From NCBI GenBank assembly GCA_964609855.1, contig CAZSTB010000006.1, positions 365 through 64,364 on the forward strand: a DNA stretch of 64,000 bases. Direction: 5' to 3'. This stretch comes from an uncultured Bdellovibrionales bacterium (GTDB lineage: Bacteria; Patescibacteriota; Minisyncoccia; Moranbacterales; GWC2-37-73). This document shows positions 18,016 to 28,347 of the stretch, piece by piece (positions within the stretch are counted from its first letter, which is position 1; each line of letters opens with the position of its first letter). The position numbers were made by a program, and so were the translations under genes. The notes under the pieces were generated by a model. It had not been told where the DNA came from. It saw nothing but the letters and a program-made list of their open reading frames with translations, and did not search any database.

Positions 18016-18570
18016 ATGGATGCTCAACAAGGTGGCGTTGGAAAATTTCTTGATCCTAATGCTATTATTGCACAATTGGATATTAAAAATGGAGAGATTG
18101 TCGCGGATTTCGGATGTGGCCCTGGTTATTTTTCTTTGCCATTTTCAAAAGCCGTTGGCGATGATGGAAAAGTTTTTTCGTTGGATATTCTTCCGCAAGC
18201 CCTGGAAAGTATTGAAAGTAAAGCTAAAAATTCTGGAATTGCCAACATTACAACAAAACGCGTAAATCTGGAAAAAGCCAATGGTTCAAAACTTGATGAT
18301 GATTTCGCAGATTGGATTGTCTTGAAAGATGTCTTGTTTCAAAACAAAGACAAAAATATTATCATTGCAGAAGCGTATAGAGTCTTAAAAATGGGTGGAA
18401 AGGTTTTACTGATTGAATGGAATCAAAAGGAATCTGCAATCGGACCTGATTTGGATATCCGTATTTTGCCAGAAACCCTTAAGCAGGCTTTTCAGTCGCT
18501 GGGATTTGAATTGGCGGGGGATATTCAAGCAGGAGCGTTTCATTACGCTTTTGTTGCTGTAAAGAAATAA
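18016..18570 (+). CDS. class I SAM-dependent methyltransferase
   Basis: Motif I VADFGCGPGYFS. Acidic motif II. Confidence 0.7.
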   Translation: MDAQQGGVGKFLDPNAIIAQLDIKNGEIVADFGCGPGYFSLPFSKAVGDDGKVFSLDILPQALESIESKAKNSGIANITTKRVNLEKANGSKLDDDFADWIVLKDVLFQNKDKNIIIAEAYRVLKMGGKVLLIEWNQKESAIGPDLDIRILPETLKQAFQSLGFELAGDIQAGAFHYAFVAVKK

Positions 18571-18580
18571 AAATTTTCTT

Positions 18581-20053
18581 ATGGAGCAAGTAACTATGAA
18601 AAATAAAATAAAAAACAAAATTCGGGTAATGATGTTGATTTTAGCAGTTGTGATAGTCCCGCTTTTTTCAGGATGTGGCGCTGAGCCTCAGGCTGGTTAT
18701 CTTGTGAATCTTGAAATTTGGGGAATATTTGATGACTCCACTGTTTATTCGCAAATAATAAATGATTACAAGATGATTAATCCCTACGTGGGAGAAATTA
18801 AATATCGAAAATTTTCAGAAGATACTTACAAACAAGAACTTATTGATGCCTTAGCATCCGGCACTGGGCCAGATATTTTTCTGATCAATAATGGTTGGCT
18901 TCCAGCTTTTCAAAATAAGGTTGAGCCTGCACCCTCGCCAATTGTCGGAGAAATTGATATGAAAAATAATTTTCCCGATATTGTTGCAGGAGATTTTATG
19001 AGTGAAGGAAAGGCATATGCTGTGCCGCTTAGTCTAGATTCGATGGCACTTTATTATAATAAAGACATGTTTAATGCTGCTGGAATTACAGCTCCACCTA
19101 AAACCTGGCAAGAATTTGATAATGCTGTAGCTAAATTGACTGTAATTGATTCCGTTGGAAACTTTAAACAATCAGGAGCTGCTTTTGGCACAGGTAGAAA
19201 CATAAATCGTTCCGCGGATATTTTTAGCATGCTTATGTTTCAAGCAGGAGTGGACTTGCCAACAAAAAAGGGGGTGCAAGTTAAATTAGATGAGGGGGTT
19301 ATTGGCGGAGATGGCAATGTTACCCAGGCTGGTGAAACCGCACTTGGGTATTATACCAAGTTTGCCAAGCTTTCAACTGAAAATAATATGCTAAATCCTT
19401 TGTATACCTGGAACTCAAGGAACCAATATTCAATAGATGCTTTTGCTGAAGGTAGTGCAGCAATGATGTTTAATTACTCTTGGCAGATGGCTGCCATTAA
19501 AAACATGAATTCAAAGCTGAATTTTGCAGTTGCTCCCGTTCCTCAACTGTATCCAGAAAAACCAGTTACGGTTGGTAATTATTGGGGGTTTGCAGTAGCG
19601 AAAAATAAGTTGACTCCCGTGACCCGGGCAGCGTCTGGGCAGGCAGCAGCTCCCGCGATACCAAATGAAATTCGCACCCATGAAGCATGGCAATTTTTAA
19701 GATTCCTAACTCTAAAGAATAATAAAGTTGTAACCCTATATAACGCAGTAACGAAAAATAAAAAAGATTTCCCCGTAAATATTGATCCTGCTCAGGAATA
19801 TCTAAAAAAGACAAAGCAACCGGCAGCTAGACGTGATCTGATTGATCTGCAAAAAAACGACAGCACGCTTAGTGTTTTTGCTACAGGCAATTTGATTGCA
19901 AAGCATTGGTATCAGGCTGATCAAGCATCAATTGATAACATTCTCATTGAGATGATAGAATCAGTGAACAGGGGCGATGTCTCCTACCATGACGCGTTAT
20001 CTTTAGCTAAAAATAGAATAAATTACCTCTCGCAAGGAAGCACCTCCAGATAA
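18581..20053 (+). CDS. extracellular solute-binding lipoprotein (ABC transporter SBP family 1-like)
   Basis: Lipobox LFSGCGA. Size and pattern typical of sugar/oligosaccharide SBPs. Confidence 0.65.
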   Translation: MEQVTMKNKIKNKIRVMMLILAVVIVPLFSGCGAEPQAGYLVNLEIWGIFDDSTVYSQIINDYKMINPYVGEIKYRKFSEDTYKQELIDALASGTGPDIFLINNGWLPAFQNKVEPAPSPIVGEIDMKNNFPDIVAGDFMSEGKAYAVPLSLDSMALYYNKDMFNAAGITAPPKTWQEFDNAVAKLTVIDSVGNFKQSGAAFGTGRNINRSADIFSMLMFQAGVDLPTKKGVQVKLDEGVIGGDGNVTQAGETALGYYTKFAKLSTENNMLNPLYTWNSRNQYSIDAFAEGSAAMMFNYSWQMAAIKNMNSKLNFAVAPVPQLYPEKPVTVGNYWGFAVAKNKLTPVTRAASGQAAAPAIPNEIRTHEAWQFLRFLTLKNNKVVTLYNAVTKNKKDFPVNIDPAQEYLKKTKQPAARRDLIDLQKNDSTLSVFATGNLIAKHWYQADQASIDNILIEMIESVNRGDVSYHDALSLAKNRINYLSQGSTSR

Positions 20054-20070
20054 TAGTTTAATCTAACACG

Positions 20071-20550
20071 ATGAAAAAATATTATAAAAAATTTAATAGC
20101 AATAGCGTTTTTTCAGCTAGCTTTAAGGTTGCATTAGTAGCTGTTTTTGCAGTTTTCTTGTTGACCTTGCCCCTTACTAGAATTGAAGCTGCTGAAAGTA
20201 TTGTTTCTTGTGGTAGATCAGATCAGAGCATGTGCACGCTGTGTGACATAATAAAGGGCATGAATATCATCATAAAATATTTGATGCAAATTTCTATTGG
20301 GGTGGCGCTTTTGGCTATAACTATCGGAGGTGTCATGTATATTATTTCTCCTGCTGATAAGGGAATGGTAGAAATGGGAAAAAAAGCGATGACCAACGCA
20401 TTTATCGGTTTCGCACTTATTTTTGCTGGATATTTGATTATAAATACAACTATTCAATATATCGGAACTAGACCTGGGATGGGCGTAAAAAGTGCGAATA
20501 GTACATTCCTATGGTCGAATTTTGATTGCAGCGCTCCTGCTGGAAAATAA
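20071..20550 (+). CDS. T4SS pilin-like (TrbC/VirB2-like) protein
   Basis: Signal peptide. C-terminal two-helix module with the loop motif MYIISPADKG...IGFALIFAGY. The same module is shared with paralogs at 39392-42616. Confidence 0.45.
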   Translation: MKKYYKKFNSNSVFSASFKVALVAVFAVFLLTLPLTRIEAAESIVSCGRSDQSMCTLCDIIKGMNIIIKYLMQISIGVALLAITIGGVMYIISPADKGMVEMGKKAMTNAFIGFALIFAGYLIINTTIQYIGTRPGMGVKSANSTFLWSNFDCSAPAGK

Positions 20551-20579
20551 TATAAAAACAGAATTTAATTTAAAAATTT

Positions 20580-21710
20580 ATGAAGAGTAAAAAGATTCTC
20601 GTATTAGCGGCACTTTATTTTTTAAGCGTATTTTTTGCCATAGATGATGCGAAAGCAGTCACAGAATGCACAAATAATCCGTCAATTTGTTCAGGTGGGA
20701 CCATATGCGCAGATGCTGGTTACGGACTCAAGACCTGTATTCAACCAAAAAATATTGGAAGCGCATGTAGTGAAAATGTAGAATGTGAGAGCGGAAATTG
20801 CGCAGATGCCGGTTATAATTTAAAAACATGTCAACTGGGAAGTGTTACTTTGCCTGCGAATGATTCCGATTTATGCAAAAGTTATAACATTAACTTCGCA
20901 TGTCGAAATGTTGATACTCTCTCTACATCAAGTGGTTGTCAAACTGGAAAATGTCCAGGAGCTGCCAATATTCAGTGTTGTCCCGAAAGCACTCCTCTTA
21001 AAGTGATTGCACCTATTGAAAATAGTTCGGAATGCTCAAATTTCAATGCCAATAATACTTGTACGAACATAAATACCTTGGCTAGCACCAGTGGTTGTCA
21101 AACTGGAAAATGTCCTGGAGCTGCTAATATTCAGTGTTGTCCTAAAAATGCTCCCTTGAAGCCAAATAATGGCTCAAATGAAACTGGTGGTTCAACAACC
21201 TTTACAAATCCACTCAAGTTTAATACTGTCGAATCTTTTCTGACCACTATCATGAGTGCGATCCAGCGGATCATTGTTTCGCTAGCGTTAGTGTTTATTG
21301 TAATCGGCGCATTGATGTATATATCTGCAGGGGCAAGTCCTGGTAATGCAGAAAAAGGAAAGGAGGCTATTACAATGGCTCTTGTTGGTTTAGCGATTGG
21401 AATTGCGGCGCCGTCCCTACTCAAAGAACTTGGATCTGTTTTAGGCTGGGGCGGTGTTGATAGTAGCGCCGTTGCTGGAGCTTTGACTTTATCACAGATT
21501 GCGATTAAGATTTTGAATTTCCTGTTAAGTATAACCGGTATTTTATCATTAATCATGTTGGTTATCGGAGCGATTATGTATCTTACTTCTGCAGGTGACT
21601 CGGATCGAATAAGTAAAGGCAAGGATATTTTCAAATATTCGTTGCTTGGTGTTATTATTGCAATGTCCGCAATGATTTTAGTACAGCAGATTGCGACGCT
21701 GTTTTCATAA
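20580..21710 (+). CDS. Cys-rich secreted protein with two tandem C-terminal T4SS pilin-like modules
   Basis: Repeats SSGCQTGKCPGAANIQCCP x2. Two modules with the xSAGxSx...KGK...IG motif. Confidence 0.45.
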   Translation: MKSKKILVLAALYFLSVFFAIDDAKAVTECTNNPSICSGGTICADAGYGLKTCIQPKNIGSACSENVECESGNCADAGYNLKTCQLGSVTLPANDSDLCKSYNINFACRNVDTLSTSSGCQTGKCPGAANIQCCPESTPLKVIAPIENSSECSNFNANNTCTNINTLASTSGCQTGKCPGAANIQCCPKNAPLKPNNGSNETGGSTTFTNPLKFNTVESFLTTIMSAIQRIIVSLALVFIVIGALMYISAGASPGNAEKGKEAITMALVGLAIGIAAPSLLKELGSVLGWGGVDSSAVAGALTLSQIAIKILNFLLSITGILSLIMLVIGAIMYLTSAGDSDRISKGKDIFKYSLLGVIIAMSAMILVQQIATLFS

Positions 21711-21801
21711 ATTGCATTTTTTTGAATACTTGAAAAAGTGAAGTATAATGAAGATGTGGAAATGAATTAGGGAAAAATATAAAAAATAAAAATATTCAAA
21801 A

Positions 21802-22251
21802 ATGTTAATCAGCGTTCCGCAATATATTGACGTAGAGGATAAAATCGTCGGCCCACTTACTGCAAAGCAATTGGGAATGTTTATCGGTCTTGGGGTAGCG
21901 ATGCTTGTTTTATGGAATGTTGTTCCTAAGCCGGTATTTTTTATCATAGCCTTGCCGATGTTGATCTTTGTAATCGCCCTGGCATTTTTTCGGCCATATG
22001 GACAACCATTGGGAAGTTTTTTACTTTTTGGACTTTTTTATTTCTTCAGACCAAAAGTTTATATTTGGAAAAGAATGCCACAAAATGTTATAAACATTCC
22101 GCAGAAAGAAAAAGTAGTAGATGTGAAAACGGAAGAAAAGCAAATTACGGCTCAGTCCTTGAGTGATTTGGCGCGGATGCTGGATAGTGAGGGTACTGCT
22201 CAAATTGAAGGAATAGAAGATATATTAAAAAAGGAACCTCGGAAGAAATAA
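21802..22251 (+). CDS. VirB3/PrgI-like small membrane protein
   Basis: 149 aa. GPLTAKQLGMFIGLG motif resembles VirB3 (xGLTRP). Two TM helices. Immediately upstream of the VirB4 ORFs. Confidence 0.4.
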   Translation: MLISVPQYIDVEDKIVGPLTAKQLGMFIGLGVAMLVLWNVVPKPVFFIIALPMLIFVIALAFFRPYGQPLGSFLLFGLFYFFRPKVYIWKRMPQNVINIPQKEKVVDVKTEEKQITAQSLSDLARMLDSEGTAQIEGIEDILKKEPRKK

Positions 22252-22295
22252 AAAAATCAGTTAATTGAGAGGGAGCAATATTTTTTTAATTAAGC

Positions 22296-23054
22296 TTGAG
22301 CGATCTCAAACCTTATTTAAAAAAGTTAAGCTTATTCTCAAATAAATTTTGTTTAAACAAAAAAATGGAATCATTGCATTCAAATAGTCTGACAAGTGGT
22401 AGTACTGGCGGCCTTAGCACTCAGAAATATGTGGACGTAGAAGAGGTCAGAGATGGTGTTATCATGCTGAAGAACGGGTCAATGCGCGGCGTTCTTATGG
22501 TCTCGTCTATTAATTTTGATCTAAAAGCCTCTGAAGAACAAGATTCAATAATCAGCCAATATCAAAATTTTCTCAACTCCTTGGATTTTCCAATTCAAAT
22601 TGTCATTAGTTCGAGAAAACTGAATGTAAATCCTTATTTGGATTATTTGAAGAAAAAAGAAGCTGAGCTTTCAAATGAACTCTTAATCTTGCAACTTGGA
22701 GAATATAGAAATTTTATAAAAAGCTTAGCAGAGGTATCAAGTATTATGTCTAAGTATTTTTATGTTGTAGTTCCGTTTTATCCGGTAGAAAATACGAAAT
22801 CAGGAATATTGGACAGATTATTCGGCTCAACAAATTCTCAAATGGCGGTCTCAAGGCGGCGCGCGCTGTTTGATACCTATAAGAACCAGCTTTGGCAAAG
22901 ACTCGATCATGTAAGTGCTGGACTTGGGAGTACTGGAGTAAAAGTGACTGCACTTAAAACGGAGGAACTGATTGAACTTCTATATAATTCCTATAATCCC
23001 TCCACGCAGAGTAATACAATTATTAAGGATACCGATAAAGTTGAGTTGCGATAG
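22296..23054 (+). CDS. VirB4/TrbE N-terminal domain-like protein (possible split-gene part)
   Basis: VEEVRDGVIMLKNGSMRGVLMVSSINFDLKASEEQD resembles the CagE/TrbE/VirB N-terminal region. Separated from the ATPase ORF by 99 nt containing stops. Confidence 0.4.
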   Translation: MSDLKPYLKKLSLFSNKFCLNKKMESLHSNSLTSGSTGGLSTQKYVDVEEVRDGVIMLKNGSMRGVLMVSSINFDLKASEEQDSIISQYQNFLNSLDFPIQIVISSRKLNVNPYLDYLKKKEAELSNELLILQLGEYRNFIKSLAEVSSIMSKYFYVVVPFYPVENTKSGILDRLFGSTNSQMAVSRRRALFDTYKNQLWQRLDHVSAGLGSTGVKVTALKTEELIELLYNSYNPSTQSNTIIKDTDKVELR

Positions 23055-23153
23055 TGCAGATTATGCAATTTAGCATAGGATAAGATTTTAAACTAATTCA
23101 ATATAGCTAAATAAATTTAAATTGACCAATGGTCATTTATATTAAATAACGGG

Positions 23154-24977
23154 ATGTTTGGACAAAATAAAACTCAAAAACCAAAAGTTGAAACAAACGC
23201 AGTTCTTCAAAGTGAAGCGCTATATCAACGCGGAGTTGCAACTATTAAGGACCTGATAGCACCATCAGCAATGAAAATAGGTGCTGATAATCTGCAGATC
23301 GGCGAAACTTATGCTAGGACTCTGTTTATTGTTGCTTATCCAAGATATCTTCATACGAATTGGTTTTCTCCGATTATAAACATCGATTTTTCAATGGACA
23401 CATCCATGTTTGTGCACCCAATTGATACCTCAGAGATTTTGAAAAACCTGAGAAAAAGCTCAACACAGGTGCAATCGCAAATCCACATGGAGGAACAATC
23501 AGGAAAAATTCGCGATCCGATTTTGGAAACTGCCTTGCAGGATATTGAAGATTTGCGGGATAAATTAATGCAGGGAACTGAAAAGTTCTTCCGGTTTGGT
23601 TTGTATATTACCATTTATGGAAAAACGCTGGAAGAATTAAACAAAGCGAATCAGCAGATAGAATCTATTTTAGAGGCCCAGTTGGTGTACCTTAAGCCAG
23701 CGGTATTAAAGGTGGAGCAGGGCTTTGCTTCAACGTTGCCATTAGCGAATGATGAACTGGATGTTGCAAACAATCTTAACACCGCACCGCTTTCAACAAC
23801 ATTTCCATTCGTTTCAGCTGATCTCTCATCAAATGAGGGAATTCTTTATGGAATAAACCGTCATAATAACAGCTTGATTTTGTTTGATCGTTTCAAAATG
23901 GAAAATGCCAACATGGTTGTTTTTGCGAAGTCTGGAGGAGGTAAAAGTTATACCGTAAAATTAGAGATTTTCCGGTCACTGATGGTTGGTACGAATGTAA
24001 TTGTAATCGATCCTGAAAATGAATATAAATATCTTTGCGAAACAGTCGGGGGAACTTTTATTAAGCTATCTTTAAATTCTGCATTTCACCTTAACCCATT
24101 TGATCTTCCTAATGTCGGTGAGGATGAAGATCCTGAGGATGTATTACGTTCAAATATCGCTAGTCTTATCGGCTTGCTGCATATCATGCTTGGGGCAGTT
24201 ACTCCTGAAGAGGATTCGATTTTAGATATCGCAATTCGCGAAACTTATGCAATGAGAGACATTACGCCACAAAGTAATTTCAAATCCTTTAATTCCAGCT
24301 CTTTCCCTACGATGTCTGACCTATACTCGGTAATCAGAAATTCCGAAGGAGGCGAATCCGTCGCAAAACGTTTAGAGAAATACACGGAAGGTATTTTCGC
24401 TGGAGTGCTTAATCACACGACAAATGTGCAAATTTCCAATCAACTTGTAGTTTTCAATATTCGCGATCTTGAAGAACAGCTGAGACCGATTGCGATGTAT
24501 ACTATCTTGCAATTTATTTGGAATGAGATGCGCTCAACCTTGAAAAAAAGAATCGTGGTTGTCGATGAAGCATGGGTAATGATGCAGAATGATGATGCTG
24601 CCTCATTCCTCTTTGGAATTGCAAAGCGTTGTCGTAAATATTACACAGGTCTAACAACTATCACTCAGGATATTGCCGACTTCATGAGCTCACGCTATGG
24701 AAAGCCTATTGTAACAAACTCCTCGCTGCAATTATTACTAAGGCAATCTCCTGCTGCTATTGAAACCATTTCGGATACTTTTTACCTTACAGAGCAGGAA
24801 AAGTTTCTTTTACTTGAAAGTAATGTTGGAGAAGGAATTTTGTTTGCCGGAGCTAAGCATGTGGCAATCAAAGTCATCGCTTCTTATGCAGAAGATCAGA
24901 TTATTACTTCAGATCCTCGCCAGCTTGTAGAGATAGAACAAGCCAAGAAAGAATTTGATGAAGAAGAAGGCAACTAG
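23154..24977 (+). CDS. virB4: VirB4/TraE-family T4SS ATPase (Gram-positive type)
   Basis: Walker A AKSGGGKS, Walker B VVVDEAW. YPRYL...W motif upstream of the ATPase core. Confidence 0.8.
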   Translation: MFGQNKTQKPKVETNAVLQSEALYQRGVATIKDLIAPSAMKIGADNLQIGETYARTLFIVAYPRYLHTNWFSPIINIDFSMDTSMFVHPIDTSEILKNLRKSSTQVQSQIHMEEQSGKIRDPILETALQDIEDLRDKLMQGTEKFFRFGLYITIYGKTLEELNKANQQIESILEAQLVYLKPAVLKVEQGFASTLPLANDELDVANNLNTAPLSTTFPFVSADLSSNEGILYGINRHNNSLILFDRFKMENANMVVFAKSGGGKSYTVKLEIFRSLMVGTNVIVIDPENEYKYLCETVGGTFIKLSLNSAFHLNPFDLPNVGEDEDPEDVLRSNIASLIGLLHIMLGAVTPEEDSILDIAIRETYAMRDITPQSNFKSFNSSSFPTMSDLYSVIRNSEGGESVAKRLEKYTEGIFAGVLNHTTNVQISNQLVVFNIRDLEEQLRPIAMYTILQFIWNEMRSTLKKRIVVVDEAWVMMQNDDAASFLFGIAKRCRKYYTGLTTITQDIADFMSSRYGKPIVTNSSLQLLLRQSPAAIETISDTFYLTEQEKFLLLESNVGEGILFAGAKHVAIKVIASYAEDQIITSDPRQLVEIEQAKKEFDEEEGN

Positions 24978-25000
24978 GGAATTAATTTCAATTCGCCAGC

Positions 25001-25037
25001 TGGCGAATCAATTTTCAATTTTCAATTTTCAATTTTC
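25001..25037. repeat. tandem heptamer AATTTTC x5
   Basis: CAATTTTCAATTTTCAATTTTCAATTTTCAAC directly after the virB4 stop and a short palindrome TTCGCCAGCTGGCGAA. Confidence 0.6.
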
Positions 25038-25055
25038 AACGAGTCCATTTATTAC

Positions 25056-25718
25056 TTGATTTGGTTGGGGAATAAATATCAAATTGAATTATTGAATTAT
25101 GTGGAATTGTGTTATTGCATGGGAAATGCGGCTGAAAAGTACGATGAAGAAAATTTAGGTGAAAAGATAACACACGCGAAATTGAATCCCGCCAGTTTTA
25201 ACGTGCCTAAAAATGGAAGTAGCGATAATTATGGAGCAGCTGAAAAAGATGCGGATAGTGGAGAAAGTGATTCGCAAAGACTCAATAATGCTAGACAAAA
25301 AAATAACGTTAGTAAATCTCTCAATGATGCGAAAGAATTAGCAAAAAACGCAACCCCGATGGGTGCAATCTCTCTGTTGGGTCATATACATTTTTTGGGC
25401 GATATGCCATACGTGGCTGCCTTGGGCGCTGCAATTTTAAAAGATATTTTAGACTTGGTTTTCGTGGGATCATTGCCAGGGTTAGGGACCGTAATTACAA
25501 TTCTCTGCTCGGTTTTTATCGCAATGATGATGATGCTTGTAGGTTCAGGCGGAAAGCGAAAGGCGGTAAGCGGAATGTTAAAAAAATTTGGAACACTCTT
25601 GGCAGGGACGTTGGCAGAAGGAGTCATTCCTGGAATTAATTTTTTACCGATGGAATCGATAATGGTTGCATCTGTCTATGTAATGACGCTTACAGAAAGA
25701 AAAAATGAAGGCGACTGA
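25056..25718 (+). CDS. hypothetical membrane protein (possible T4SS accessory)
   Basis: Soluble N-terminal part. C-terminal hydrophobic helices. Confidence 0.4.
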   Translation: MIWLGNKYQIELLNYVELCYCMGNAAEKYDEENLGEKITHAKLNPASFNVPKNGSSDNYGAAEKDADSGESDSQRLNNARQKNNVSKSLNDAKELAKNATPMGAISLLGHIHFLGDMPYVAALGAAILKDILDLVFVGSLPGLGTVITILCSVFIAMMMMLVGSGGKRKAVSGMLKKFGTLLAGTLAEGVIPGINFLPMESIMVASVYVMTLTERKNEGD

Positions 25719-25810
25719 AGTTCATAAGCTTTTTAAAGTTCATAAGTTATGGCGTAAATAGTTCACGCTAACTTGCAATCTTTAAAAATTTTAAAAACTC
25801 TATTTAACAT

Positions 25811-27337
25811 ATGTCTTCAAAAATTTATTCTGCCGCAACAATCGGCTTGGATGGTGAAATTGTTGAAGTTGAGGTGGACGTCTTAGGTGCTGGTCTACAT
25901 AATTTCACTATTGTGGGACTTCCTGATGTTGCCATCAAGGAATCGCGTGACAGAGTTAGTAGCGCGATTAAAAACAGTGGTTTTAAGCCGCCACATCAAT
26001 GCGGAAGAGTTACGGTTAATCTTGCTCCGGCTGATTTGCCAAAGGCGAGTCCGATTTATGATCTACCGATAGCCATTGGACTTTTACTGGCAACAAAGCA
26101 GCTGCAATTTGATAGCAATTCAAAGCTGCTTGTAGGCGAACTCTCTTTGGATGGAAGAGTGCGTTCCATTCAAGGGATTTTATCTATAACGCTACTAGCA
26201 AAGGAAAAAGGTTTTGAGGAATTGTATGTTCCCTCTGAAAATGCAGCTGAAGCGAGTGTAGTTAAAGGGATAAATATTATTCCAGTCGAAACGCTGTATG
26301 GACTCTGTGTGCATTTTTCTGGACCGAAGAAGTTGGCATATTATCCGCAAATTGACGGAGAAGCACTCTTTGATTGCTTGGAATATCCCAATGACATGGC
26401 GCATATAAGTGGTCAACAACATGCCAAAAGGGCATTGGAAATTGCGGCGGCAGGCGGGCATAATGTAATTTTAAATGGACCTCCTGGTAGCGGAAAAACC
26501 TTGCTTGCAAAAGCCATGCCGACGATTTTGCCACGACTAACTTTAGTGGAATCATTGGAAATTACGAAAATATTTTCCGTAGCAGGAAAACTGCATAAGG
26601 GGCAGTCGCTTGTAACCACACGCCCGTACAGAGCGCCGCACCATAGTGCAAGCAGTGTGTCATTGATTGGCGGAGGTTCTTATCCGCGGCCTGGAGAAAT
26701 CAGTTTGGCACACAGGGGTGTGCTGTTTCTGGATGAGTTCGCAGAATTTCCCAAAAGTGTCTTGGAGAATTTGCGCCAGCCACTTGAGGATGGTATGATA
26801 ACAATCTCAAGAGCAAAAGGCTCGCTGCACTTTCCTGCAAGATTTGTTTTGGTTGCCGCCATGAATCCCTGTTTTTGCGGAATGGCTACGGATCCTGAAA
26901 AGACATGTACATGCACACCGGCGCAGATAATCAGATATCAGCAAAAAATTTCCGGTCCAATTTTAGATCGCATCGATCTGCATATTGAAGTTCCGAGACT
27001 GAGTTTTGATAAGCTACAAGAAAACACAAATGAAGAAAAAAGTGAGACGATCCGTAAGCGGGTAGAATCAGCAAGGAAACTTCAGGCTAAAAGATTCCAG
27101 GAATTGAATATTATTTCGAACAGTGAAATGTCTTCAGACCAAATCAGAATTTTCTGCGAGTTGGATGAACAATCAAAAGAATTATTAAAAAGCGCTGTTT
27201 CGGCTTTAAAATTGAGTGCTCGCGGCTATCATCGGATAATTAAAATCGCCAGAACGATCGCTGATTTGGCCGGTAGTGAGGCAATTTTAGCTCAGCATAT
27301 TGGAGAGGCGATTCAATACCGGTTTAAAAGTGAATAG
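25811..27337 (+). CDS. comM: YifB/ComM-family AAA+ (Mg-chelatase-like) protein
   Basis: N-terminal MSSKIYSAATIGLDG, Walker A GPPGSGKT, and C-terminal ChlI-like domain. Confidence 0.85.
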   Translation: MSSKIYSAATIGLDGEIVEVEVDVLGAGLHNFTIVGLPDVAIKESRDRVSSAIKNSGFKPPHQCGRVTVNLAPADLPKASPIYDLPIAIGLLLATKQLQFDSNSKLLVGELSLDGRVRSIQGILSITLLAKEKGFEELYVPSENAAEASVVKGINIIPVETLYGLCVHFSGPKKLAYYPQIDGEALFDCLEYPNDMAHISGQQHAKRALEIAAAGGHNVILNGPPGSGKTLLAKAMPTILPRLTLVESLEITKIFSVAGKLHKGQSLVTTRPYRAPHHSASSVSLIGGGSYPRPGEISLAHRGVLFLDEFAEFPKSVLENLRQPLEDGMITISRAKGSLHFPARFVLVAAMNPCFCGMATDPEKTCTCTPAQIIRYQQKISGPILDRIDLHIEVPRLSFDKLQENTNEEKSETIRKRVESARKLQAKRFQELNIISNSEMSSDQIRIFCELDEQSKELLKSAVSALKLSARGYHRIIKIARTIADLAGSEAILAQHIGEAIQYRFKSE

Positions 27338-27344
27338 ACAAAAA

Positions 27345-28310
27345 ATGCGTAAGCAAGGTTTTAAAAAAATAAATTATAAAAAATCAGCAATAATTATTGG
27401 TGTTTTTTTATGTTTTACCGTTTTTAAAATTTCTTTTGCGCAGGAATCTTCACAAATTTTTAGCACCGCAGTGAAGAAAATTATAATCAATGATGAAGGT
27501 CTTGCTTTCCAAGTTCATTCTGAGGCTGAAACAGTCGAACAGTTTTTAAGGGAAAATGAAATCGAGTTAAGCAAAGATGACCAAGTTTTACCGGAAAAAA
27601 CTGAAAAAATATATTCAGGATCGCGAATTTTCATACACCGTGCCAAAAAAATTACCATCAAAGAAGGTGGCAAAGTTAAGGAGGTCATCACCTTTCAAAA
27701 CAATGTAGAAAAGGCTATTTGGGAAAATAAAGACATTGAATTGGGCGCTGATGATATTACCAAGCCAAGCAGACAAGCATTTATTAAGGACGGCTCGGTT
27801 ATAAATATAACGCATGTGCTAATAAAAGAAGAGATTGAACATGAGGATATCGCTTTTAAAACCGTTTCGAATGAGGACGATAAAATGGGGTGGCGTGAAA
27901 AGAAAGTCACGCAAAAAGGCGAAAAAGGTAAAAGAGAAGTGAAATATAAAGTGGTTTATAATGATGGAAAAGAAATTTCTCGAAAAGTTTTAGATAAAAC
28001 TACGCTTAAAGAGCCAGTTGAGGAGATTGTCACCCAGGGAACATATGTTAAAGTAGGAAAGGTTCATACGGGAGCTGCTAGTTGGTATGCATGGACGGGA
28101 ACGATGGCTGCAGCTAATCCTTGGCTTCCGATGGGAAGTTATGTTAGGGTTACAAATAAGGCAAACGGTAAGCAGGTAATTGTTAAAATAAATGACCGTG
28201 GCCCTTTTGGTCCAGGGCGAATAATTGATTTGGATAAAGTTGCTTTTGCACAAATAGCCTCGATCGGCGCAGGAGTTGTGGATGTAAAAATGGAAGTGAT
28301 TATCAATTAG
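27345..28310 (+). CDS. RlpA-like double-psi beta-barrel protein with G5/DUF348-like N-terminal region
   Basis: C-terminal GAASWYAW...PMGSYVRVTN...GKQVIVKINDRGPF motif (RlpA DPBB). N-terminal TM. ATG at 27345 preferred over 27300 because 27300 overlaps comM. Confidence 0.6.
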   Translation: MRKQGFKKINYKKSAIIIGVFLCFTVFKISFAQESSQIFSTAVKKIIINDEGLAFQVHSEAETVEQFLRENEIELSKDDQVLPEKTEKIYSGSRIFIHRAKKITIKEGGKVKEVITFQNNVEKAIWENKDIELGADDITKPSRQAFIKDGSVINITHVLIKEEIEHEDIAFKTVSNEDDKMGWREKKVTQKGEKGKREVKYKVVYNDGKEISRKVLDKTTLKEPVEEIVTQGTYVKVGKVHTGAASWYAWTGTMAAANPWLPMGSYVRVTNKANGKQVIVKINDRGPFGPGRIIDLDKVAFAQIASIGAGVVDVKMEVIIN

Positions 28311-28347
28311 CTTTTAGCTGTTAGTTTATAGCTTTTAGAGAAATTCC

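Noticed and set aside
25001-25037. CRISPR array
   Set aside because: The unit is a 7-nt tandem repeat with no spacers. Similar AT heptamer arrays occur throughout the window. No true CRISPR array is present.
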